Assembly: GCA_001661245.1 (NCBI GenBank)
Contig: KV454011.1
Coordinates: 876,908-896,907 of the forward strand
Reading direction: 5' to 3'
Length of the DNA stretch: 20,000 bases
DNA from: Pachysolen tannophilus NRRL Y-2460
Lineage: Eukaryota
Shown here: positions 8,248 through 18,472 of the stretch, one piece after another
How positions within the stretch are numbered: the first letter of the stretch is position 1
Layout: each line of letters opens with the position of its first letter
The notes under the pieces: generated by a model
What the model was told of the DNA's origin: nothing
The model's database searches: none
Seen by the model: the letters and a program-made list of their open reading frames with translations, nothing else
Program-made: the position numbers and the translations under genes

Positions 8248-9936
8248 ATGAAACAGATAATTTTATTGAGGCATTCTATAAGGGTGGACAAGGAGATTAG
8301 AAACGTTAATAATAGTGATGGTAGTATAGATACCTCATCGTGGCTTTCAAATTTTGATCCGCCTTTGGATATCGATAAGAGTATTAAGCAGTTGAATGAG
8401 ACTTTTAATGATCATGTTTTGGAATTGATTGGGAGTAAAGGTGGTGATATAATAATACATAGTTCGCCTTATAATAGGTGTTTGCAGACGGCGGAGATAA
8501 TAACTGAGAAATTTTCTGGTGATGATCATGATGATCATATTACAAGATTAAGAATTGATCATTCGCTTTCGGAATGGTTAAATTTTAATTTCAATTTGAG
8601 GTATTTACCTCCAAATGATAAAGGTTTATCGTTGATGAGTAATGTTAACCAATATCTATATGGCGGTAATAGTAAGTTACTGGAATTAAGAGATCCTTAT
8701 TGGAATAATTATAAATTTGGTGATCCAGGAGAGTATGGGGAATCGTTGAACCATTTTAAGAAGAGATGTTTGAACTATTTACAACAGCTTTTGGTGCATT
8801 ACGAAGGTATGGATAATGAAGATAATGATGATGATTCCACAGTGATAATAATTTCTCATGGTGCTGTGATATCTGTGTTGTTACAAATAATGTTAAAAAG
8901 AAATATATTCAGTGAGATTCCATTGGGGACCCCAATCATCTTTAATAAGATTGATCATTTGTTATTTCAAATACTTGATTATGATTCTATCCATATGGAT
9001 GATGATTTATTTCCACAAGATGGAATTTATGATTTAAGTCATTTAACTTTACCAATAGGTTATGAATCAAATATATTGATTTCTTCTTTTACAAATAATA
9101 ATATTTCACCGTTGCCCTCTTTAACATCTTCTAATTCATCATGCAATACTTCATCAAATTCTTCATCAAATGGTGAGAATCCAGAAATATTACCAAAGAT
9201 TAATTCTTTTGAATTGACAAATAAATTAGATAGTATCAATGATGATGTTAGTAGTGTTTCTTCATCATATAATAATGAAAGAAAATATAAAAATGGGAAT
9301 CTAGATGATGATGATAGTGGTAGCTCCCCCAATGATGAAGATGATGAAGGCTTATCATTCAGTTTTTCTAAAAATTTTAAAATTCATAATAACGCCATTA
9401 ACAGACATAGAGCTAATACTACAGGATCTTCATTTATTCATAACGTTGATTTATCTAGTGATATAGTATCATCACCAACAGATATAAATTTCAATAGACA
9501 TAGACCAAGAAAAAGTATTTACTTAGATAATGGTCTTAGTTTAAAAGATTATTTTTTAAACACAAGAAATAATAGTAATACAAATGAAAGCGATCAAAAC
9601 TTCAAGGAGTATCAATCTCAAACTGGAGATGATAATACATTGGATAGTGATGGCACAATTACAGCCAATGATGAAGATAGTATAAACAGCAGCAACAACA
9701 ACAATAATAATAATAATAATAATAATTATAATAAAAATAATGATAATAATAATAATAATGATTTTATGCTATCTTTTACATCAGACTCAGGAAAGGACTC
9801 CGTAACGATTAATAAGCTTCACAAGAACAGTAATAACAGCTTGAAAAATATTTTATTCAACGTATCTTTGGATAATATATCAGAGGTTAATGAAGACGAT
9901 GAAAGTAATTGGTTTGGGTTTAATAATAAAGTTTGA
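8248..9936 (+). CDS. Histidine phosphatase (phosphoglycerate mutase-like) superfamily protein with a long low-complexity C-terminal tail
   Basis: IILLRHSIRVD (RHG-motif variant), DPPL, IHSSPYNRCLQTA, LSEW, GES..F..R and IISHGA lie in the first ~245 aa. The remainder is Asn/Ser/Asp-rich. Confidence 0.82.
   Translation: MKQIILLRHSIRVDKEIRNVNNSDGSIDTSSWLSNFDPPLDIDKSIKQLNETFNDHVLELIGSKGGDIIIHSSPYNRCLQTAEIITEKFSGDDHDDHITRLRIDHSLSEWLNFNFNLRYLPPNDKGLSLMSNVNQYLYGGNSKLLELRDPYWNNYKFGDPGEYGESLNHFKKRCLNYLQQLLVHYEGMDNEDNDDDSTVIIISHGAVISVLLQIMLKRNIFSEIPLGTPIIFNKIDHLLFQILDYDSIHMDDDLFPQDGIYDLSHLTLPIGYESNILISSFTNNNISPLPSLTSSNSSCNTSSNSSSNGENPEILPKINSFELTNKLDSINDDVSSVSSSYNNERKYKNGNLDDDDSGSSPNDEDDEGLSFSFSKNFKIHNNAINRHRANTTGSSFIHNVDLSSDIVSSPTDINFNRHRPRKSIYLDNGLSLKDYFLNTRNNSNTNESDQNFKEYQSQTGDDNTLDSDGTITANDEDSINSSNNNNNNNNNNNYNKNNDNNNNNDFMLSFTSDSGKDSVTINKLHKNSNNSLKNILFNVSLDNISEVNEDDESNWFGFNNKV
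9694..9759 (+). repeat. (AAC/AAT)n poly-Asn coding trinucleotide repeat
   Basis: Encodes NNNNNNNNNNNYNKNNDNNNNN. Confidence 0.9.
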
Positions 9937-10302
9937 TAAAGGTCAAGGGAACAGGTTGCTTAATTTTTTCTTTTTTTTTTTTTTTTTTTTTGTTTTGTTT
10001 TTCTTCTAAAACATTTCATAAGACACTAATTAATTATATGTCGATATTTACAATTTTCGACACGAATCATATAAGCATCTTCACTGATCAGAGATAGTCA
10101 TTGCTTGCTGCCTTTTTTTTTTTTTTTACATTTCCTTATTTTTAATATAAAAATATTTATAACCAAGTATTCCAACAATTATACTATGGTTATGCTCTAT
10201 AAGTGAAATTTTTTACATAGGAACTCTTATATTTATTATTATTATATTATATTATATTATAGTGAATACTCTTTATATGCATATTAAATGAAGCAAAAAA
10301 GG

Positions 10303-10312
10303 AAAAAAAAAA
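10303..10312 (-). terminator. RNA polymerase III oligo-dT terminator of tRNA-Gln
   Basis: T10 on the minus strand, 9 nt downstream of the tRNA discriminator base. Confidence 0.75.
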
Positions 10313-10321
10313 TTGAGTTGT

Positions 10322-10393
10322 AGGTCGTACCCGGATTCGAACCGGGGTTAATTGGATCAAAACCAACTGTGATAACCACTACACTATACAACC
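10322..10393 (-). tRNA. tQ(UUG): tRNA-Gln (anticodon UUG), intronless, 72 nt
   Basis: Minus strand reads GGTTGTATAGTGTAGTGGTTATCACAGTTGGTTTTGATCCAATTAACCCCGGTTCGAATCCGGGTACGACCT. Acceptor stem GGTTGTA/TACGACC; anticodon arm GTTGG-TT(TTG)AT-CCAAT; T arm CCCGG-TTCGAAT-CCGGG; A and B boxes intact. Confidence 0.97.
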
Positions 10394-11355
10394 AATTTTT
10401 GATGTTTCCCTTTGGAGACAGCAAATGATTAGCACTCTTCGTCATTATGTAGTTTTTTGTGCTAGATTATGTAGATTGGGGTACCCTTTTTGCTTGAACA
10501 CACCAGGCATCAAGTTCTAAGTAAACCATGAGTTACTTAAATATACAACCGAAAAAAACTTTATTTCAATTTTAAAGCAAAGCAATATTATCTTCTCATC
10601 ATTTAAAAGATGTCTACTGGGATAGATTCTGAAAATCTTGATATAAAATTCAGGTATAGAAGCGAACTCTTATGTGCAAAACCCCTTTTTTGACACCACG
10701 CCCCCTTTTAGATGAAAATAAAAAGATACCATTAGATTAAAGCTATATAACATATTTGTTTAAATGCAACATATCACTGGACTTGAGCTACATTATTTGC
10801 TATTTTGTTTTTAGCATAAAATAAATGAGGAAAAGATTTGAATGAAAAACGAGTAGAAATATCCTTATTTTAAAAAAAAAACTTAATAAGTAAAATACAT
10901 ACATAAATTAATTAAATACTCTCGTATCTTTGTATGAATTTGAGACTAAACTATCAAATACTTTAAAAAGACAAATTAGTGGTATTTTTCTTTGAATTTT
11001 AGTTGTTTTCAATAAAAACAGCAAAAAAAGGGAAATTGGATACAACTTCTTGATGTCAAAAGAGATGCAAGACCATACAGTATCTCATCTAACTTTTTCT
11101 AGATTATACAGAAAAAAAAACAAATTTAAGAGGCTAACACCTTTCAAAACTTTTTACAACTTGACATCTGCTTATAAGAATACAATGAAATATCGATTAA
11201 GAATGTGATTCAAACTGTATTTACATCATCATTCAAATTTTGATATATTACAACCTTAAATACTACAATTTCGTTTTTCTTTTCAAAGTAATATATTTAA
11301 AAGCTTTAAAACTACATCTTTATGTAAAAAAAAAAATAACTGATAGATCATTATT

Positions 11356-13395
11356 TCAACAATTAACAATATATCCAAAATCTTGTTCGTAATTACTCAA
11401 TAAAATAAGAGGAATTTTACAATAAAATTCCATTCCGTTATCTAAATGATCAACAGCTTTATATAGAGCACCTTTACTATCATTATAGATGTTAACAAAC
11501 TCATAATTTTTCTCAGATTCTGATGTATCTTCTTCTTTAGTCTTTTGAGCTTCATCAGTAGAACTTTTATTGCTCAGATCTCTATTCAACAATATAAACT
11601 TGAATAAGAGAACGTATTTTACTTCAAGTAAGTTTGTTTTAAATTGACCATTTCTAACTTTGTCATTAGGAATAAGCATATCAAAACTTAATTCATCATT
11701 CTCGTTAAATGAACTAATAAAAATTTCATTCACATTAGTCTCTAATTCATAGTTTGAATTGAGTTCAATTGATGACGTACTTTCATCATCATTTCTGATG
11801 TAGTCAGTATCATTGAATTTTTCAACTTTTATAATCTTAGTTATTAAACCTGTTATAGGTATCTTGGAGTTTTTCATATTTAAATGAACTTTCAAGATTT
11901 CATTGCTAGTCACTATTGATTTAGATAATGATATTGTTGCAATTAATTCTGCATTTCTTTTCAATATAAAGTTCAATTGTGGTTTGATGGGGATCTGAGA
12001 ATGAAATTTAATATCATGATCATGAATTATTTCTTTCTTATCGTTATTACTTTTATTAAATTCATTAATTTTTTTAGCAATATCTGATGGATTAGTCATA
12101 ATATTGATTAAATTCTCTCTTACATCTTCTTTTATATCATTTCCAATTTCACTTAAAAATTGTGTTTCAAATTTTTCTTGAATACCAATCAAATCGTTGT
12201 TTTTGTTCATTTCCAGAATGAAATCAATAAATTTTTGTCTTTCTATAATATTTAACTTTTGATCTGGATTGCCATTTGAATAATATGAATTTTCTTCTTC
12301 AATATTGAATGATGACACACTTATTGTTGAGCTTCTTCTATTATGTGATGGTATGTCTTTACCAAGTCTTCTTCTAATAGATCTAAATGTTGCCTTCCTA
12401 TCTGGACTATTTTTACCCAGGGAATCATTTAAATCAAGAACTTTAACTTGACACATATAATTCAATTTTGGTTGTAATAAATCAAAAATTGGTTGTTGTC
12501 CAAACTGATTAATAAAAGGTTGTATTTCTAAAGGGAAATATAAAGTTTTATTTACCAATTTATTATTCTCATCAAACATTTGAAAACCAACTACAAGATT
12601 ATAGACAATTTTCAAACTTGATAAAGAATTATAAGATGGCGGTAAAAACTTTGGTAATTGTATGGAGGTATAAAATTCTTTTGTTAAAGAATTAAGGTTT
12701 TTAAATGAAATTTCAGAGAATAAGATAGATTGTGTTGAAGAAAATATTGGAATTATTTTGGACTTCATAGATTCATCATTATTCCTCTTGTGGACATTTG
12801 CTCCATCATCATCAGGTATAACTCCAGCACTGAATAACAGACCAAAGCCTGAGGAAAAAGTGTTCCAATAACCATCATCATCTTTATTATTGAAATCTAA
12901 ACCATTAATTCCACCCAATTTACCACCTATGACAGTTTTACTTTGAATTTCTTTAAAACTCTTTATATCAAAAATTTCATCATTTAAAGTATAATACCCA
13001 AATATTTGCGAATAACCCAGCAACAAAGACTCATCTTTTTTATTTTTAGCACTTTCTTCTTCTTCGTTGATATTTTCTAGTTCCAGAAGAAATAAAGATC
13101 TTGTAGTATTGGATAATTGAAAAGAAAGACGTTTACCAATACTCGACCAACTATTGTCCTCATCATTCCCTTTAGCATTCAAAGTATTATCAGTCAGAAC
13201 ATAATCATTATCAAGGTGCGTGTTGTCCTTGACATTGTCTGCATTAGTGGGTGCTGGTAATTTCCCAATATATTTAAACCTTAATATTAAAGACAAGTCA
13301 TTACCATTTCCAGCAAATACAGGATAATTCTCATATATCAACTCAAGCCTAATGCTCTCATTAATCAATTGGTTGAATATACTGTGCGTTATCAT
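11356..13395 (-). CDS. RGP1: Rgp1, subunit of the Ric1-Rgp1 GEF for Ypt6/Rab6
   Basis: 679-aa ORF. N-terminal IRLELIYENYPVFAG..LSLILRFKYIG resembles recalled Rgp1; also GYSQIFG, IPIFSSTQSILFSE, LPKFLPPSY and QFKTN. Divergent from YCF1 as in S. cerevisiae. Confidence 0.85.
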   Translation of the reverse strand: MITHSIFNQLINESIRLELIYENYPVFAGNGNDLSLILRFKYIGKLPAPTNADNVKDNTHLDNDYVLTDNTLNAKGNDEDNSWSSIGKRLSFQLSNTTRSLFLLELENINEEEESAKNKKDESLLLGYSQIFGYYTLNDEIFDIKSFKEIQSKTVIGGKLGGINGLDFNNKDDDGYWNTFSSGFGLLFSAGVIPDDDGANVHKRNNDESMKSKIIPIFSSTQSILFSEISFKNLNSLTKEFYTSIQLPKFLPPSYNSLSSLKIVYNLVVGFQMFDENNKLVNKTLYFPLEIQPFINQFGQQPIFDLLQPKLNYMCQVKVLDLNDSLGKNSPDRKATFRSIRRRLGKDIPSHNRRSSTISVSSFNIEEENSYYSNGNPDQKLNIIERQKFIDFILEMNKNNDLIGIQEKFETQFLSEIGNDIKEDVRENLINIMTNPSDIAKKINEFNKSNNDKKEIIHDHDIKFHSQIPIKPQLNFILKRNAELIATISLSKSIVTSNEILKVHLNMKNSKIPITGLITKIIKVEKFNDTDYIRNDDESTSSIELNSNYELETNVNEIFISSFNENDELSFDMLIPNDKVRNGQFKTNLLEVKYVLLFKFILLNRDLSNKSSTDEAQKTKEEDTSESEKNYEFVNIYNDSKGALYKAVDHLDNGMEFYCKIPLILLSNYEQDFGYIVNC

Positions 13396-13608
13396 TATTC
13401 CTTCTGATTAATTGATCTCTTAACATAGCATTTACTTATTTATTAAACATATTTAATTGTCGAATCAGCCGAAATAAAGAAAAGCTTACAAAAAAAAATA
13501 AATCAAAAATTAAAAATTAAAAAAAGAAAATAGCAAAATAACTCAATTAATTAAACAATAAAGCTATTTAATTATAATATTCAGTTGGAGAACGAGGAAG
13601 GAATAGAA

Positions 13609-16600
13609 ATGGATTCTTTTTGTAGAGATAAAGAGGGTCTTGGACCTTTATCTCCAGTTTATTCAGATTTGACTATATGTTTTATAAATGGAGTATTAAT
13701 TAATCTGAGTTCTTTATTTTTAATTATATTTGGTACTGGACAGTTTTTCAGTTTATACAAGAAGAAGAATATAAGATTGAAAGTGGATGATTGGTCATTT
13801 AAATTGAAACTATTTATGGTTGTGTTACAAGTTGCTTTTACTGTAGGATTGTTGGCTTCGAATCAGCAAAAGGATTTGATCAATCCAATCTTGTCGCTTT
13901 TTGCATTACTAATAGGATTAAATTTACATTATATTGAAAGATTTAAGACAAATATTCCGAATGGTATCTTATTATTTTACTGGTTGTTCACTGCGATGTT
14001 TGGGGTGTTGAAAATAGGGAATTTAACTGTTCGTTCGAAATTTAATAGTGAATTCATATTTTCGGTATTTATTACAATTAATGGATTTTTTATATTGTTA
14101 GTGGAATCTTTAGTTCCACTGAAATATTCTCGTGAAATAGAATTAAATCCTTTAGAGACTTCAAATGTGTTTGGTCGTATTTCATTCAGTTGGATGTCAC
14201 CATTAATGGTAAAAGGTGATAAAAAATTTTTAGTTCAAAACGATTTACCGCCATTGCCAAGATTCCTTGAAGCATCTAATGCTTTTGAAACTCTTAAAAC
14301 CAATTGGAATAAGCAATTAAGTTATACTACAAAGCCTTCATTAGTTAATGCAATTGCAAAATCATTTGGAGGACCTTTTGTCATTGCAGGTTTATTCAAA
14401 GCAATACAAGATATATTAGCTTTCACACAACCTCAATTGTTAAGATATTTGATCAAGTTTGTCAATGATTATAACGAATCCCCTGAAGATGACAGGTTGC
14501 CTTTAACTAGAGGTTACATGATTGTATTTGCCATGTTTTTGGTTTCCATTGTTCAAAGTGCTTGTTTACACCAATATTTCCAAAGAGCTTTTGATCTTGG
14601 GATGAAGATTAAAAGTTCTTTGATTTCAACCATTTATGCAAAATCGTTGAAACTATCAAATGAAAATAAATTAAGCAATTCCACAGGTGATATTGTAAAC
14701 TTGATGTCTGTTGATACTCAAAGATTACAGGACCTTGTACAATATTTGCAAGTACTTTGGTCGGGACCTTTCCAAGTAATATTATGTCTTACATCGTTAC
14801 ATTCATTATTGGGAAATGCAATGTGGATTGGTGTTGCAATAATGATAATTATGGTCCCATTGAATGGTGTAATAGCTAAACAACAGAAAAAGTTGCAGAA
14901 AATTCAAATGAAAAATAAAGATGAAAGAACAGGAATTGTTTCAGAGATTTTAAATAATATTAAATCTTTGAAGTTGTATGGATGGGAAATTCCTTATATG
15001 GAAAAATTGACTTATGTTAGGAATGAAAAAGAATTGAAAAATTTGAAAAAAATGGGTATTTTCCAAGCATTTTCAAATTTTACTTGGAACACAGCTCCTT
15101 TCTTAGTTAGTTGTTCTACTTTTGGTGTCTTTGTATTGATAAATAAAGATACTCCTCTTTCGACAGACCTTGTTTTCCCGGCTTTATCATTATTCAACTT
15201 GTTGTCTTTTCCATTGGCAGTTTTTCCAAATGTTATAACTTCCGTTATTGAGGCTCAAGTTGCTGTTTCAAGACTCTCTAAATTTTTCGCTAGTGAAGAA
15301 TTGCAAAATGATTCAGTTGTGAGATTGCCTCTGGTAAATAAAATTGGTGAAGAAGCAGTTAAGGTAACCAATGGTGAGTTTTTATGGACAAGACTTCCTT
15401 ATAAGCCTGCATTATCAAATATAAATTTTGTAGCTAAGAAAGGTGAATTGAATTGTATAATTGGAAAAGTTGGTACTGGTAAATCATCTTTTATTCAGGC
15501 TATATTAGGTGACCTATACAAGTCAGAGGGTTTGGTTATCACACATGGTTCCATAGCTTATGTTCCACAAGTACCATGGATCATGAATGGTACAATTAAA
15601 GACAATATTCTTTTTGGTTCTCGTTATGATCCAGACTTTTATGCTAAGACAATTGCTGCCTGTGCTTTAGAAAAAGATTTGGAAATTTTACCAAAAGGAG
15701 ATAAAACTCAAGTTGGTGAAAAAGGTATTTCTTTAAGTGGTGGACAAAAAAGCAGATTATCTTTAGCGAGAGCAGTCTATTCAAGAGCGCTGATATACTT
15801 ATTTGATGATCCATTAAGTGCTGTTGATGAGCACGTTGGAAAACATTTAATCAACAATGTTTTTGGACCTAACGGTTTGTTAAGCACTAAATGTAGGATT
15901 TTAACTACAAATAATTTGAACGTTTTGAAGTATTCCAACTACATTGCAATGTTACAAAATGGTACAATTGTTGAAGAAGGATCTTTCCTGAAAATTATGG
16001 AAAATGAAAATTCGTTATTAAACACTTTAATCACTGAATTCAGTAAGCACCAGAAAACCCCAACTTCATCAGTACCACCTTCCGCATTACCTAGCTCCGT
16101 CGAGTTGAATAAAGTATCAGTTGATGATGATTTCAAGATTGATGCGAAAAGTTTGAGAAAGGCTAGTGTTTCGACTTTCAAATTACCTGAAGAAGAAGAT
16201 GATGAAGAAGAACGTAAGATTCGCGCAGAAGCACATCAGCAAGGTAAAGTCAAATGGGCTGTCTATCTTGCATATGCAAAATCTTGTAATCCAAAAGGTG
16301 TAGTTGTATTTTTAACATTTATAATGTTATCGATGGCAACAGGTGTTTTGGGAAACATTTGGTTAAAGCACTGGTCTGAAGTCAATAGCGAGTTAGGTTA
16401 CAACCCTAATGTTGCCAAATATCTTCTTATTTATTTCATTTTAGGTGTTGGGTCTTCTGCATTAAGTTTGTGTCAAATTGTAATTCTTTGGGTATTTTGT
16501 ACCATCCATGGTTCGAGAAATTTGCACAAGCGTATGGCCAACCGTGTTCTCAGGGCTCCTATGTCATTTTTTGAAACTACTCCAATTGGTAGAATCTTGA

Positions 16601-18009
16601 ATAGGTTCTCCAATGATATTTATAAAGTGGACGAGGTACTTGGAAGAGTTTTTTCAATGTTTTTTTCAAATACGATTAAAGTCTTCTTTACAATATTAGT
16701 TATTTGTTGGTCTACATGGCAGTTTATTTTCTTTGTTATTCCAATGGGATTCCTGTACTACTATTATCAACAATATTACTTACGTACATCAAGGGAGTTG
16801 AGACGTTTAGACTCAATCTCAAGATCTCCAGTATTTTCGCATTTCCAAGAAACTCTTAATGGTGTTTCTACAATCAGAGCTTATGATCAAACGGAGAGAT
16901 TTGAGTTTTTGAATGAAGCAAGGGTTGATAAGAATATGTGTGCATACCACCCAGCAATAAGCGCAAATAGATGGTTAGCTGTCAGATTAGAATTTCTTGG
17001 TTCCTTGGTTATATTATGTGCCTCCGGATTGTCGGTCGCAACTTTGGATCTGAATCACGTAACAGCAGGTATAGTTGGTCTTTCTGTTAGTTATGCATTA
17101 CAAATAACTCAGTCTTTAAATTGGATTGTTAGAATGACTGTTGAAGTTGAAACAAACATTGTCTCCGTCGAGAGAATTGAAGAATATTGTAATTTGGATA
17201 TTGAAGCACCAGATATCATTGAATCTAACAGGCCTCCTCTGCATTGGCCGTTTAATGGTGAGATTAAATTTCAGGATTACTGTGCCAGATATAGGCCAGA
17301 TTTGGACTATTGTTTAAATCATATAAATTTATTGATTAAACCAAAGGAAAAAATTGGTATTGTTGGAAGAACCGGTGCTGGAAAATCATCTTTAACAATG
17401 GCCCTATTTAGAATTATTGAAGCTTCGGAAGGTTATATAGCTATCGATAGTTTGCAGACAAATACTATCGGCTTAGCTGATCTAAGACACAAGCTTTCAA
17501 TAATTCCGCAAGATTCACAAGTGTTTGAAGGAACCGTCAAAGAGAATTTAGATCCTACTAATCAATATACCGACGAACAATTATGGAAATCTTTAGAGTT
17601 GTCTCGTTTATCAAAACATATTAAACAAATGTCCATTGAAAGCGGGGAAGAAAATGGATTGAATGTCAAATTAGCAGAAGGTGGTTCGAATTTAAGTGTT
17701 GGTCAAAGACAATTGATCTGTCTTGCAAGGGCCTTATTGATTGAATCTGCAATATTAGTATTGGATGAAGCAACTGCTGCAGTTGATGTAGAGACAGATA
17801 AAATTTTACAGGAAACAATAAGATCAGAATTTAAAAATAGAACAATTTTAACGATTGCTCATAGGTTAAACACTATCATGGATAGCGATAGAATTATGGT
17901 TTTGGAAAGAGGTAAAGTTGCTGAATTTGATACACCTGAGAATTTATTGAAAAAGAAAGATTCTTTGTTTTACTCTTTATGTCTCGAAGGTGGTTTAATT
18001 GAAGAATAG
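13609..18009 (+). CDS. YCF1: Vacuolar ABCC/MRP glutathione-S-conjugate (cadmium) transporter
   Basis: First ATG is at 13609 (track start 13585 is TTG). TMD0 begins CRDKEGLGP. NBD1 has GKVGTGKS, LSGGQ and YLFDD. The linker has LRKAS (Ycf1 S908-like site). YYQQYYLRTSRELRRLDS is present, and NBD2 has GRTGAGKS, LSVGQ and LVLDEATA. Confidence 0.94.
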   Translation: MDSFCRDKEGLGPLSPVYSDLTICFINGVLINLSSLFLIIFGTGQFFSLYKKKNIRLKVDDWSFKLKLFMVVLQVAFTVGLLASNQQKDLINPILSLFALLIGLNLHYIERFKTNIPNGILLFYWLFTAMFGVLKIGNLTVRSKFNSEFIFSVFITINGFFILLVESLVPLKYSREIELNPLETSNVFGRISFSWMSPLMVKGDKKFLVQNDLPPLPRFLEASNAFETLKTNWNKQLSYTTKPSLVNAIAKSFGGPFVIAGLFKAIQDILAFTQPQLLRYLIKFVNDYNESPEDDRLPLTRGYMIVFAMFLVSIVQSACLHQYFQRAFDLGMKIKSSLISTIYAKSLKLSNENKLSNSTGDIVNLMSVDTQRLQDLVQYLQVLWSGPFQVILCLTSLHSLLGNAMWIGVAIMIIMVPLNGVIAKQQKKLQKIQMKNKDERTGIVSEILNNIKSLKLYGWEIPYMEKLTYVRNEKELKNLKKMGIFQAFSNFTWNTAPFLVSCSTFGVFVLINKDTPLSTDLVFPALSLFNLLSFPLAVFPNVITSVIEAQVAVSRLSKFFASEELQNDSVVRLPLVNKIGEEAVKVTNGEFLWTRLPYKPALSNINFVAKKGELNCIIGKVGTGKSSFIQAILGDLYKSEGLVITHGSIAYVPQVPWIMNGTIKDNILFGSRYDPDFYAKTIAACALEKDLEILPKGDKTQVGEKGISLSGGQKSRLSLARAVYSRALIYLFDDPLSAVDEHVGKHLINNVFGPNGLLSTKCRILTTNNLNVLKYSNYIAMLQNGTIVEEGSFLKIMENENSLLNTLITEFSKHQKTPTSSVPPSALPSSVELNKVSVDDDFKIDAKSLRKASVSTFKLPEEEDDEEERKIRAEAHQQGKVKWAVYLAYAKSCNPKGVVVFLTFIMLSMATGVLGNIWLKHWSEVNSELGYNPNVAKYLLIYFILGVGSSALSLCQIVILWVFCTIHGSRNLHKRMANRVLRAPMSFFETTPIGRILNRFSNDIYKVDEVLGRVFSMFFSNTIKVFFTILVICWSTWQFIFFVIPMGFLYYYYQQYYLRTSRELRRLDSISRSPVFSHFQETLNGVSTIRAYDQTERFEFLNEARVDKNMCAYHPAISANRWLAVRLEFLGSLVILCASGLSVATLDLNHVTAGIVGLSVSYALQITQSLNWIVRMTVEVETNIVSVERIEEYCNLDIEAPDIIESNRPPLHWPFNGEIKFQDYCARYRPDLDYCLNHINLLIKPKEKIGIVGRTGAGKSSLTMALFRIIEASEGYIAIDSLQTNTIGLADLRHKLSIIPQDSQVFEGTVKENLDPTNQYTDEQLWKSLELSRLSKHIKQMSIESGEENGLNVKLAEGGSNLSVGQRQLICLARALLIESAILVLDEATAAVDVETDKILQETIRSEFKNRTILTIAHRLNTIMDSDRIMVLERGKVAEFDTPENLLKKKDSLFYSLCLEGGLIEE

Positions 18010-18205
18010 ATTCTTCTGTGTCAATTTTATGTTTTTTTTTTTTTCTTTTTTTTTTTGTTCAATTTTTGTAAAAACGTTTAAAGATATATAAATATGTATT
18101 TTAAAAAATTTTTTTTTGGATTACTATAGACATAATATTGGAAAGTAACTTTACTATGTTTAATAGTTGAAACTGAATAACCTTAACTAAAAAGCAGTAA
18201 TAATG

Positions 18206-18227
<22 letters not shown>
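18206..18227. repeat. (AT)n microsatellite in the convergent YCF1/HOG1 terminator region
   Basis: About 11 AT units, plausibly TATATA efficiency elements usable on both strands. Confidence 0.75.
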
Positions 18228-18237
<10 letters not shown>

Positions 18238-18472
18238 TCAATATGAAGAAATGAATAATTTACACATGTAAGAGAAATGAGGAAAAATGAGAGTTTCAAA
18301 GAAAAAAGTTGAAAAGAAGTATAACTAACATTCAAAGAAGGTAAAATAATCTTTTCTCTTTGAGTGAAAGAAAATAACAAAAGAAAATGAAAAAGAAAAA
18401 GAAAAAGAAGAAGAAAAAAAAACCAAGAAAAAAAAAAAAACAAACAACAACCAAAAATAATAATGAAATGGT

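Noticed and set aside
958..13608. Non-ATG starts in the ORF track for SPE4 (958 GTG), ACF2 (2880 TTG) and YCF1 (13585 TTG)
   Set aside because: This is a eukaryote. In-frame ATGs lie 2-8 codons downstream, and for SPE4 and YCF1 they match orthologue N-termini.
15775..15815. Asp instead of the catalytic Glu after Walker B in YCF1 NBD1 (YLFDD), and LSVGQ in NBD2
   Set aside because: Normal degenerate-site asymmetry of ABCC transporters, not a defect.
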